This document shows positions 10,320-17,863 of a stretch of DNA of 64,000 bases, in pieces. The notes beneath the pieces are model-generated. The model was not told where the DNA came from, did not search any database, and saw only the letters and a list, made by a program, of their open reading frames with translations. Where the stretch lies: the NCBI GenBank assembly GCA_045544195.1, contig JAZPYO010000034.1, forward strand, positions 82,881-146,880, written 5' to 3'. A program made the position numbers and the translations under genes. This stretch comes from Eubacteriales bacterium (GTDB lineage Bacteria; Bacillota; Clostridia; Oscillospirales; CAG-272). How positions within the stretch are numbered: position 1 is the first letter of the stretch; each line of letters begins with the position of its first letter.

Positions 10320-10544
10320 ATGAATAACACCAAAAGATCATACACTACTCCTTATTTAAATGTGGAAAAGTTTGAGCTCAGCAGGTCGATATCTTCAACA
10401 TGTGATGCCGATCCTGTTGTGCAGGACTTCAAAACAGCAGGATATTTCGGTTCTGTTGATGGTTGCGAATATCCTATGTCTGAATATCAAGGTGTAGAAA
10501 AGCCGTGCTACCACACTGTAAACGCTGTTTTCACATCTGTTTGA
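10320..10544 (+). CDS. Small acidic Cys/aromatic-rich protein (74 aa), candidate radical-SAM-modified precursor peptide
   Basis: AGGAGG lies 8 nt upstream and overlaps the stop of the giant gene. Its stop is 4 nt before the rSAM ATG. It has 3 Cys (STCDAD, DGCEYP, KPCYHT) and 10 Tyr/Phe. No signal peptide or double-glycine motif was seen. Confidence 0.6.
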   Translation: MNNTKRSYTTPYLNVEKFELSRSISSTCDADPVVQDFKTAGYFGSVDGCEYPMSEYQGVEKPCYHTVNAVFTSV

Positions 10545-10548
10545 TATA

Positions 10549-11625
10549 ATGTTTATTAAAAAACAAATATTGTCTAAAGCGGCAAAGCTCAAAAACCCCG
10601 TTAGCGGGGTTTTTGAGTTAACGCCAAGATGTAATTTTAATTGCCGTATGTGCTATATCAAAATGCAAGAGGATGAAGTGAAGGCACTCGGCGGTGAGCT
10701 GACCATTAATGACTGGATGGCTATATGCGATGACGCTTACGAAAACGGTATGCTTTATCTTTTGCTTACAGGCGGTGAAGTGTTTCTCCTTGAGGATTTT
10801 CCCGTTCTGTACCGCCACGCATATGAAAAGGGAATTATCCTTTCGATAAATTCCAACGGTTCGCTTATTACAGATTCACACCTGCAAATGCTTAAGGAAA
10901 TGCCGCCCGAGAAGATAAATATAACTCTCTACGGCGATAGTCCCGAAATGTACGGTAAGCTCTGTAATAATCCAAATGCATATAAGACGGTCACAGAAAA
11001 CATTTTGAAGCTCAAGGATAATGGAATAAGAGTTTCTCTCAATTGCTCGCTCACACGCCTTAACGCAGGATCTCTTGACAATCTAATTGATTTTGCACTC
11101 AAAAATGAGTTACCTATCAACATTGCAACGTATATGTTCCCTCCGATGCGTAATGGTTGCTCGGAATACGAAAGCATCCGTTTATCTGCTGAGGAATGCG
11201 GTAAAATACGTGCATATCTCGATTACCGAGATGAATCATCGAGAGATAAAAAGAAGCAGTTGATCGCTGACGGAGCTAAGATAGACAGATTGAATGTAGA
11301 ATGCCCCGAAAGCGGCACAAAGTGTATGGCGGGGCGATGCAGCTTCTGGATGACCTGGCAAGGAAAAATGTCAGCTTGCGGTATGTTTGCTGATACGGTT
11401 GATTATAAGATCGGAAATTTTGACCGTGCCTGGTCGCAAATCGTTGAAAAAACTAATCTTATCACATATCCCGATGAGTGCAATGAATGTAAATACGGCA
11501 CATTATGCACTTGTTGTGCGGCAATTAACTTTGCGGAAGGTGGGGCTTTTAATGCCGTTCCGAAATTCTTCTGTGATATGACAGATGCATACATCAAGGA
11601 ATTTGAACGTCTTAGCAGTATGTAA
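10549..11625 (+). CDS. Radical SAM enzyme with a C-terminal SPASM/twitch-like auxiliary Fe-S domain (putative peptide maturase)
   Basis: CNFNCRMCY gives the CX3CX2C motif at aa 28-35, and LLTGGEVFL is a SAM-binding GGE motif. C-terminal Cys clusters are CPESGTKCMAGRC...QGKMSAC (Gx4C) and CNECKYGTLCTCC (CX2CX5CX1-2C). No N-terminal RRE and no obvious SD. Confidence 0.8.
   Translation: MFIKKQILSKAAKLKNPVSGVFELTPRCNFNCRMCYIKMQEDEVKALGGELTINDWMAICDDAYENGMLYLLLTGGEVFLLEDFPVLYRHAYEKGIILSINSNGSLITDSHLQMLKEMPPEKINITLYGDSPEMYGKLCNNPNAYKTVTENILKLKDNGIRVSLNCSLTRLNAGSLDNLIDFALKNELPINIATYMFPPMRNGCSEYESIRLSAEECGKIRAYLDYRDESSRDKKKQLIADGAKIDRLNVECPESGTKCMAGRCSFWMTWQGKMSACGMFADTVDYKIGNFDRAWSQIVEKTNLITYPDECNECKYGTLCTCCAAINFAEGGAFNAVPKFFCDMTDAYIKEFERLSSM
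10588..10617 (+). terminator. Terminator-like hairpin (putative attenuator) inside the first ~23 codons of the rSAM ORF
   Basis: CTCAAAAACCCCG-TTAG-CGGGGTTTTTGAG is a perfect 13-bp stem with a GC core followed by a T5 run. It begins about 45 nt after the peptide stop codon. Confidence 0.5.
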
Positions 11626-11640
11626 TTATTTATATAAAAA

Positions 11641-11673
11641 AACTCTTTTGCGTTATTGCAAAAGAGTTTTTTT
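11641..11673 (+). terminator. Rho-independent terminator of the rSAM operon
   Basis: AACTCTTTTGC-GTTATT-GCAAAAGAGTT (11-bp stem) is followed by a T run. It starts 16 nt after the rSAM stop. Confidence 0.8.
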
Positions 11674-11684
11674 ATGCGAAAGGG

Positions 11685-11731
11685 CGACTAAAAGTAGTAT
11701 AAGTAGGGGTAAAAACGACCAAAAGTAGTAT
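11685..11731. repeat. Two 16-nt direct repeats CGAC(T/C)AAAAGTAGTAT, 31 nt apart start-to-start
   Basis: Copies at 11685-11700 and 11716-11731 differ at 1 position. A third AAGTAG core lies in the spacer. Confidence 0.5.
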
Positions 11732-11802
11732 TATCGATATTTGGCGCAACATAAAGTTAGACTATTAATAAATTCAGGTAAGTATGTTTGATCGATTAGG
11801 CA

Positions 11803-11862
11803 CTTCACGATGCGTAGCATCCCTTCACGCACGCAGTGCGCTTCTCGTGCCGCAAGGCACAC
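11803..11862. repeat. Three tandem ~20-nt units, each CTTC(A/T)C followed by a 5-bp hairpin
   Basis: The units are CTTCAC-GATGC-GTA-GCATC, CTTCAC(GCAC)-GCA-GTGCG and CTTCTC-GTGCC-GCAA-GGCAC. A fourth CTT(AGC) follows and leads into the 21-bp terminator stem. Confidence 0.4.
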
Positions 11863-11868
11863 TTAGCT

Positions 11869-11913
11869 GAAAAGAAACACCATTTGTCTGGTAGACAAAT
11901 GGTGTTTCTTTTC
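11869..11913 (-). terminator. Long perfect hairpin directly downstream of tRNA-Arg (potentially bidirectional)
   Basis: GAAAAGAAACACCATTTGTCT-GGT-AGACAAATGGTGTTTCTTTTC is a 21-bp perfect stem with A/T-rich flanks on both sides. It abuts the tRNA 3' end. Confidence 0.7.
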
Positions 11914-11990
11914 TGGCCTACCCTAAGGGATTTGAACCCTTAACCGTCAGAATCGGAATCTGATACTCTATCCAATTGAGCTAAGGGTAG
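11914..11990 (-). tRNA. tRNA-Arg (anticodon CCG), 77 nt with encoded CCA
   Basis: Hand-folded cloverleaf. Acceptor CTACCCT/AGGGTAG, D-stem GCTC/GAGT, anticodon stem TCAGA/TCTGA with loop TTCCGAT (U33, CCG, A37). T-arm AAGGG-TTCAAAT-CCCTT, discriminator G, CCA. The C1:G72 first pair is slightly unusual. Confidence 0.85.
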
Positions 11991-12015
11991 AGAATTGATG
12001 CGTTCTTACGCATCA

Positions 12016-12846
12016 TTAATAGTTATCTAAAAAATTCGTATGCTCGCCGTTAATAGAATAACCTATTACCGTATTCAAATTAACATTGTGTGTGCTTTTA
12101 AAAATATTAGCCTCTATTTGAGGATAATCCTTTTTAATTGATTTTATAAGCTCCTTCATTTCGATACGCTTGGAGTTCATTATGGCATTTTCGTCAGCCA
12201 ACTGCTCTGTAAATCTGCAAGCGCATTGCAAAAAATCAAGCTCATTATAATTACGCCAAGCGATAATATCGTCTTCGCCAACGCAGTACATCGGGCGTAT
12301 CAATTCCATACCGGGAAAATTTGTCGAATGGAGCTTTGGCATCATTGTCTGATATTGTCCACCGTAAATAAGCCCCATAAGCACAGTTTCGATGACATCG
12401 TTATAATGATGTCCCAATGCTATTTTATTGCAGCCAAGCTCCTGAGCGAATCGATATAGATACCCCCTGCGCATTCTTGCACAAATATAGCACGGGGATT
12501 TTTCGATGTGCTCAACTGATGCGAAAATATTTGTATCATATATTCTTATCGGAACTCTGAGAAGGTCTGCATTACTTATGATCTTTTCGCGATTTTTTGC
12601 GCTGTACCCCGGATCCATAACGACGAACTCAAGCTCGAAGGGAATTGTACTATGGCGTTGAAGCTCCTGCATGAGCTTAGCCAAAAGCATTGAATCCTTA
12701 CCGCCGGACATACAAACCGCTATTTTATCACCTGCAGAAATAAGTTCATATGTACGGACACCCTCAATAAATTTGTTCCAGATGCCTTTGCGGAATTTTT
12801 TGTTTATGCTGCGCTCAACGAGAGCGCATTTGTCAAGCTCTTTCAT
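12016..12846 (-). CDS. ttcA: PP-loop ATPase, tRNA 2-thiocytidine synthase TtcA family
   Basis: It has the SGGKDS PP-loop and PCYICARMRRGYLYRFAQELGCNKIALGHHYNDVIETVLM, the TtcA-type CxxC/ALGHH block. Its start overlaps the upstream stop (TGATG). Confidence 0.75.
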   Translation of the reverse strand: MKELDKCALVERSINKKFRKGIWNKFIEGVRTYELISAGDKIAVCMSGGKDSMLLAKLMQELQRHSTIPFELEFVVMDPGYSAKNREKIISNADLLRVPIRIYDTNIFASVEHIEKSPCYICARMRRGYLYRFAQELGCNKIALGHHYNDVIETVLMGLIYGGQYQTMMPKLHSTNFPGMELIRPMYCVGEDDIIAWRNYNELDFLQCACRFTEQLADENAIMNSKRIEMKELIKSIKKDYPQIEANIFKSTHNVNLNTVIGYSINGEHTNFLDNY

Positions 12847-13712
12847 CAGAATCTGAAGCTGAATGTACCTGGAGCAATTTCAAGATCTACGTAATTCTTA
12901 TCGTTCAAATACTCGATCTCACCGTCAGCGCAGAAATAATTTATGCCGGATATCCTCGCACTTTTACATTTGTGATATATGAAGTGCTCTTCAAACTTTT
13001 TTATCGGCTTGCCGTTATGTATATGCTTGCCCTTTTTATATAAGCCGACAAGTGATAAAAATTTAAAGCGTGACAGCTTTTTTACTGCAAGCAACTCAAA
13101 TACACCGTCATCGACATTTGACTCGGGAGAAGCATTAAATCCACCGCCATAGTAAGTACCGTTTGCAGCAAGGCATAATGTAAATGAACCGTCATATGAA
13201 AACTTCTTGCCGTTTTCATCAACACATTCAATATGCATTTCCTGACCGAATTTTTCCAAAAGACGCAAAACAAGACTCAAAATGTAAGCCATGCTTCCGG
13301 AGATCAAAGGCTTCTTTTTCATTTGAGCGGTTTTAATTACAACATCGCAGTCAAAACCTATATTAAGTATATTAACGTAGTGTCTTGAATTGTTATACTT
13401 TACAGAGTCGCATCTAACGGTGACCTTTTCATCACTGTAACGCAAAAAGTCGTTACCTGTTCCAGCAGGATAAGCTGAAACGATCGCACTTGAAGCGTAT
13501 TTTGAGCCGATAATTCCATTAACGACCTCGTTTAACGTTCCGTCGCCGCCGTAAACGGTTATTTCGGCATTTTCTACTGTATCGCATATCTCGCGTGCGA
13601 TTTTTTCGGCATCCCCTATTGCAGTTGTAAAACGGTTATCGTCGGTCTCATTTGCGTATTTTCTAGCAAGACCTTGTCCTGCGGCGGGATTTATAATATT
13701 AAATCTTGGCAT
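12846..13712 (-). CDS. Diacylglycerol/lipid kinase family protein (YegS/DagK-like)
   Basis: The motif GGDGTLNEVVNG is the DAGK catalytic signature. 288 aa. Confidence 0.75.
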   Translation of the reverse strand: MPRFNIINPAAGQGLARKYANETDDNRFTTAIGDAEKIAREICDTVENAEITVYGGDGTLNEVVNGIIGSKYASSAIVSAYPAGTGNDFLRYSDEKVTVRCDSVKYNNSRHYVNILNIGFDCDVVIKTAQMKKKPLISGSMAYILSLVLRLLEKFGQEMHIECVDENGKKFSYDGSFTLCLAANGTYYGGGFNASPESNVDDGVFELLAVKKLSRFKFLSLVGLYKKGKHIHNGKPIKKFEEHFIYHKCKSARISGINYFCADGEIEYLNDKNYVDLEIAPGTFSFRF

Positions 13713-13768
13713 ATTTACACCTAAACAAAAGGGGCAATGTATCTTGCCCCCTTTGGCTCTTTAACTTC

Positions 13769-14650
13769 TTATTCGGCGGGCGTTTCGTTGTCTGCTTCTG
13801 CGGTTGTTTCATTAGAAACAGTCTTTTCCTGCAAGTCGAAAGCGATCTCGTCGCCGTTACTGAGAACTATTTCAGTCGCAGAAGTTGTTACAGTCACATC
13901 GTTTATGATGATCACCCATTGTTTATCTTCGCCGGCTTCAACATCACCGATCTTAACGATCGATGCTTTATCCTCGGAGAAAGTAACCGCCATACCGGAT
14001 ATTGCGGAACCTTGCTGTGTATCGATCTCTGTCTTTCCGTCCTTCTTTGCTGACGAGTTGAACTCGGAGATATTAAAGAGATTGTAAAGTGTAAGATCGT
14101 TCTTATCACCCATTATTGAAATGGACTGGTCGCTGATCAGCTTTTGTGCACCGTTAGTGGCGTTGAATGTAACGCTGATGGAACGATAAGTATTCTCTTC
14201 GAGCTTGAATTCAACAAGATCGTAGTTATTCAACGTGCAATTCTTGGAGTCCTCGACCTTGACGCCGTTTACATATACATACCAAAGGTACTCGACGCCT
14301 TGATCTGTGGTGCCTGCAACTTCATTTGTTATAGATTCAACAGTAACGTTGTTGCCTATATCTGTCGTAATAACACAGTCCTTCTTTCTTTCTGTGCAGA
14401 GTGTATTCAAAGCAAGGTAGGGAGTAGCCTTTTTGCCCCACTCATATTCGTGGTTCTCGTTAGGAATAACGCGTATCGCGTCAAGATATACGATACGTTT
14501 ACCGGCCTTATTGTAAACATAAGCCGATACGTATGTTGTGTTTGCAGTTTCGTCATCTGTATTTGAGCAGGATGCTAAAGCAACTGCTGAGAAAACGAGC
14601 AGTGCAGCAAATGCAAACGATAAGATTCTCTTTAATTTCATATTAAACAT
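13769..14650 (-). CDS. Lipoprotein with two DUF4430-like modules
   Basis: Signal peptide plus lipobox (AVALASC). The repeated pattern LWYVYVNGVKV...YDLVEFKL and QWVIIINDVTV...NGDEIAFDL resembles DUF4430. Confidence 0.5.
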   Translation of the reverse strand: MFNMKLKRILSFAFAALLVFSAVALASCSNTDDETANTTYVSAYVYNKAGKRIVYLDAIRVIPNENHEYEWGKKATPYLALNTLCTERKKDCVITTDIGNNVTVESITNEVAGTTDQGVEYLWYVYVNGVKVEDSKNCTLNNYDLVEFKLEENTYRSISVTFNATNGAQKLISDQSISIMGDKNDLTLYNLFNISEFNSSAKKDGKTEIDTQQGSAISGMAVTFSEDKASIVKIGDVEAGEDKQWVIIINDVTVTTSATEIVLSNGDEIAFDLQEKTVSNETTAEADNETPAE

Positions 14651-14758
14651 TTAACCTCCTTAATGTGAATACACATCATATTTAATTATACTACAAATAT
14701 TCAGAGTTGTCAAGTAAACAGTGTAATATTTATAATAATTATATTGTAATAGCAAGGC

Positions 14759-17332
14759 TTACTGGTGCTTTGTACATACAGAGTTTGCGGCTTTGCCCGC
14801 TGAAGTCTTTGTAACACCGATATACGTTCCCGGCTTTACTGTATTCTGGAAGAACGGGTATTTGTCAGAGCCCGTATATATCGCCGCTGAGCCTAATGGA
14901 CGATACATATACTGCGCATCTGTTATATAGAAATACCATGAAAAGCTTCTGTCTGTTTCAAGAACGAGGGCCTGCTTTATTTTATTCGGGCAGTTTTCCG
15001 ATGCAAAGCATTTATAGTCAGCACAGAAATCAACTAAAATATGGCGGTCACAGTATTCTGTCGGCTCTGTTCCCGGGGCATACTTCAAGGTCTGTGCCTG
15101 ATCGGCTCTCGGATCCAATCCACAGGTAGCAGGATTATATAGCTTGCCTGAGCTTCTGCAAACAGTTACCTCTGTCAAAGCTCCTTCATCAATAAGCTGC
15201 TCAGGAGTTCTTACACCCGATTCTATTTCAGCGATAATGTCTTCGTGTAACGCCATCATTACATTATCAAAAATATAAATCGGAGCAAATATTCTGTAAA
15301 GAGGAAGCGTTTTAGGTTCTTCAAAGCCGTACCATACTGCTGCAACGTAGTATGGTGTAAAACCACAGAACCATTTGTCGTATTCATCGTTTGATGTACC
15401 TGTTTTTCCTGCGGTAGGGATATGCTTGATAAGCTCCATATCCTTATCATCGGCAACAGTTTTAAGCAGGCTTGTCATTACATTGACAGTATCCTCGCTG
15501 TAAACGACCGTGCTTACCTTTTTATTGTCAAGCACAACATTTCCGTTTGAATCAGTAACAAGAGAATAGGTGCGGGGATTGTTGTATATTCCTCCGTTTG
15601 TAAACACAGTATACGCGCTTGCCATTTCCCGTACAGTAAGACCTATGGTCGTAGCACCCATTGCAAGAGGAGCTCTGTCAAGGTCAGTCATTTCAATTCC
15701 TGCGGAGTTTATATAGCTTTCCTCAAGGTTATAAAGACCGACCTTCTGAGTAAATTCGTAAGAGCGTTGCAGACCGACCATATCAAGAACTCTTACTGAT
15801 GTCGTGTTTAGTGATGCCAGAACTGCATATGAAATATTTGTAAGCCCTCGGTATATTCTATCGCTGTTTTTGGGCCAGTCGTTGCCGTCTACGTAAGAGT
15901 AGGGAATATCATCGATTATCGTTCCGGCTGTTATGAGACCGAGCTCAATTGCAGGAGCGTAAACAGAAAGGGGCTTTATAGACGATCCCGGAGAACGTCT
16001 TGTCTGGGTAGCGTAGTTGAGACCGCGGTTCATCGTCTTTTTGCCTCTTCCACCGACAAGACCGAGTATATCGCCCGTTGTCGGATGGCAAACAACTACT
16101 GATGACTGAGGCTTAATAACGTAATCCTGGTCGACTGAAGGGAATGTATTTTCATCAAGATAACATTCCTCCAATGTAGCCTGTACCTCGGGGTCCATAC
16201 AGAGATATACATTCAATCCGCCTGAGAAAAGCATATTTGATGCTATCTCACGCACGACACCCTTTTCCTTCATAAGATCGTTAATAACATCCTCAATCGC
16301 GGCATCTACGTAATATGAGCTTATTGTGGTAGAATTGTTCGTTTGCTCCTGTTGGAGATTAATAACGAGCTCTTGATCAAATGCTTCGTCAAATTCTTCC
16401 TGGGTGATAAGCCCGTACTGAAGCATTGTCTTTAAAACTGTGTTTCTTCTGTCTGTATTGTTTTCGGGATTTTGAACGGGGTCGAACTTCGTCGGAAACT
16501 TTGTGATCGAAGCAAGGGCGGCGCATTCTACAAGCGTCAGCTCTGACACTTCCTTACCGAAATATGTGTACGCAGCTGTTTTTACACCTGAGCAGCCCTG
16601 CGAAAGATATATTGTATTAAGATACATTTCGAGTATCTCATCCTTGCTGAGCTTTTCTTCAAGGTATAGTGCGCGGAATATCTCCTGCACCTTTCTTTGA
16701 ATAGTTACCTCATCCTCGCCTGTAAGGTTTTTGATCAACTGCTGGGTTATCGTAGAGCCTCCGAACGTGCTGTCAGCCGGTAAAAAGAAGTTCTTTACCG
16801 CACCTGCGGTTCTGTACCAGTCAACACCCTTGTGATCACGGAATCTGTGGTCCTCAATTGCAATGAATGCATCTGTAAGGTACTCCGGCATCTCGTTTAT
16901 TGAGACCCAGATCCTGTTTTCGGAGCCGTGTAAACGTTCTTTCTCGAGTTCAATAGGCTCGTTATCAGGGGAATAGTAATAGAATTTCGATGTAGCGTTC
17001 TGTTCTGTTTTAAGATCGTAAACATCTAATTCAGGGTCGATATTTGCGTTAAGATACAGAACAAAAACGATTCCGCATATAGCACCTGTGATAATACCTA
17101 CGATGAGTATAGTTGCCAAAATATTGAACAGATAGGAAATAACACGCAGAATAATATGAAGCGTTATGGACAAGCTCCTGGTGACAGCTTTTTTCCAGTT
17201 TATCTCCTCACCCATCTGCCGATGATGTTCTTCGTATTCGTGCTTTTTTGATTTTAAAAAGCCGTAGACCTTACGGAAAAAGGCCGTTACAGCATCTTTT
17301 GCTTTTATTAAAAAATTCTTTATTTGTAACAC
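14759..17332 (-). CDS. Class A penicillin-binding protein (bifunctional glycosyltransferase/transpeptidase, PBP1A-type)
   Basis: N-terminal TM helix. GT51 motifs EDHRFRDHKGVDW, GGSTITQQL and RKVQE. The transpeptidase module carries SPGSSIKP (SxxK) and KTGTS. Confidence 0.9.
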   Translation of the reverse strand: MLQIKNFLIKAKDAVTAFFRKVYGFLKSKKHEYEEHHRQMGEEINWKKAVTRSLSITLHIILRVISYLFNILATILIVGIITGAICGIVFVLYLNANIDPELDVYDLKTEQNATSKFYYYSPDNEPIELEKERLHGSENRIWVSINEMPEYLTDAFIAIEDHRFRDHKGVDWYRTAGAVKNFFLPADSTFGGSTITQQLIKNLTGEDEVTIQRKVQEIFRALYLEEKLSKDEILEMYLNTIYLSQGCSGVKTAAYTYFGKEVSELTLVECAALASITKFPTKFDPVQNPENNTDRRNTVLKTMLQYGLITQEEFDEAFDQELVINLQQEQTNNSTTISSYYVDAAIEDVINDLMKEKGVVREIASNMLFSGGLNVYLCMDPEVQATLEECYLDENTFPSVDQDYVIKPQSSVVVCHPTTGDILGLVGGRGKKTMNRGLNYATQTRRSPGSSIKPLSVYAPAIELGLITAGTIIDDIPYSYVDGNDWPKNSDRIYRGLTNISYAVLASLNTTSVRVLDMVGLQRSYEFTQKVGLYNLEESYINSAGIEMTDLDRAPLAMGATTIGLTVREMASAYTVFTNGGIYNNPRTYSLVTDSNGNVVLDNKKVSTVVYSEDTVNVMTSLLKTVADDKDMELIKHIPTAGKTGTSNDEYDKWFCGFTPYYVAAVWYGFEEPKTLPLYRIFAPIYIFDNVMMALHEDIIAEIESGVRTPEQLIDEGALTEVTVCRSSGKLYNPATCGLDPRADQAQTLKYAPGTEPTEYCDRHILVDFCADYKCFASENCPNKIKQALVLETDRSFSWYFYITDAQYMYRPLGSAAIYTGSDKYPFFQNTVKPGTYIGVTKTSAGKAANSVCTKHQ

Positions 17333-17459
17333 CTCTTAAATATACCTTTAAAATAAATATTTACACAGTATATTTTTATCATTATAGGTTCGAAATTTCA
17401 AGAGATGAATTTAAATTTATTGTTAATACATCCGTTCAAAGCAGAAAAACACCGTAAAA

Positions 17460-17747
17460 TCACTTTTTTCGCTTAGCTTTCTCGCATCTTTGATACATAT
17501 CGGAAACCTTTACGAGTATTATATCATCACCTATACGTTCAATGCAGCTCCACGGGATAATTATGTTATCGCCTTTACTTATTCCGAGAAAATTGCACTC
17601 ACCGGGAACTATTATCGAGATCAATCTTCCCTGTGAAATATCAAGCTGACCGTCGATAACAAACCCAAGTCGTCTGCCGTCGCATATATTTATAACTTCC
17701 TTGTTTTTAAGAGCATCCAAAGTGGTTATACACAGATCCATAAGCAA
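17460..17747 (-). CDS. YlmC/YmxH-family sporulation protein (PRC-barrel)
   Basis: 95 aa with KEVINICDGRRLGFVIDGQLDISQGRLISIIVPG, typical of YlmC/YmxH. Confidence 0.75.
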   Translation of the reverse strand: MLMDLCITTLDALKNKEVINICDGRRLGFVIDGQLDISQGRLISIIVPGECNFLGISKGDNIIIPWSCIERIGDDIILVKVSDMYQRCEKAKRKK

Positions 17748-17863
17748 TCTCCTTTTAATAATATCTATGTCTTTTGCAAAGAGAATATTATGTTGATAGA
17801 AAATTTAACAAATGTATGGTATACTGCATAGGAGCGAGTTTACAAGGAGTTTTTTAGTTTTAT

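Noticed and set aside
11674-12015. The tRNA-Arg as an integration site of a genomic island carrying the rSAM operon
   Set aside because: There is no integrase, excisionase or transposase in the window, and I found no direct repeat of the tRNA 3' end on the other side of the operon. Accessory status remains possible but is unsupported.
13706-14087. Two overlapping plus-strand ORFs (115 and 116 aa) antisense to the DUF4430-like lipoprotein gene
   Set aside because: They are shadow frames of a better-supported gene that has a signal peptide and lipobox. They show no independent start signals.
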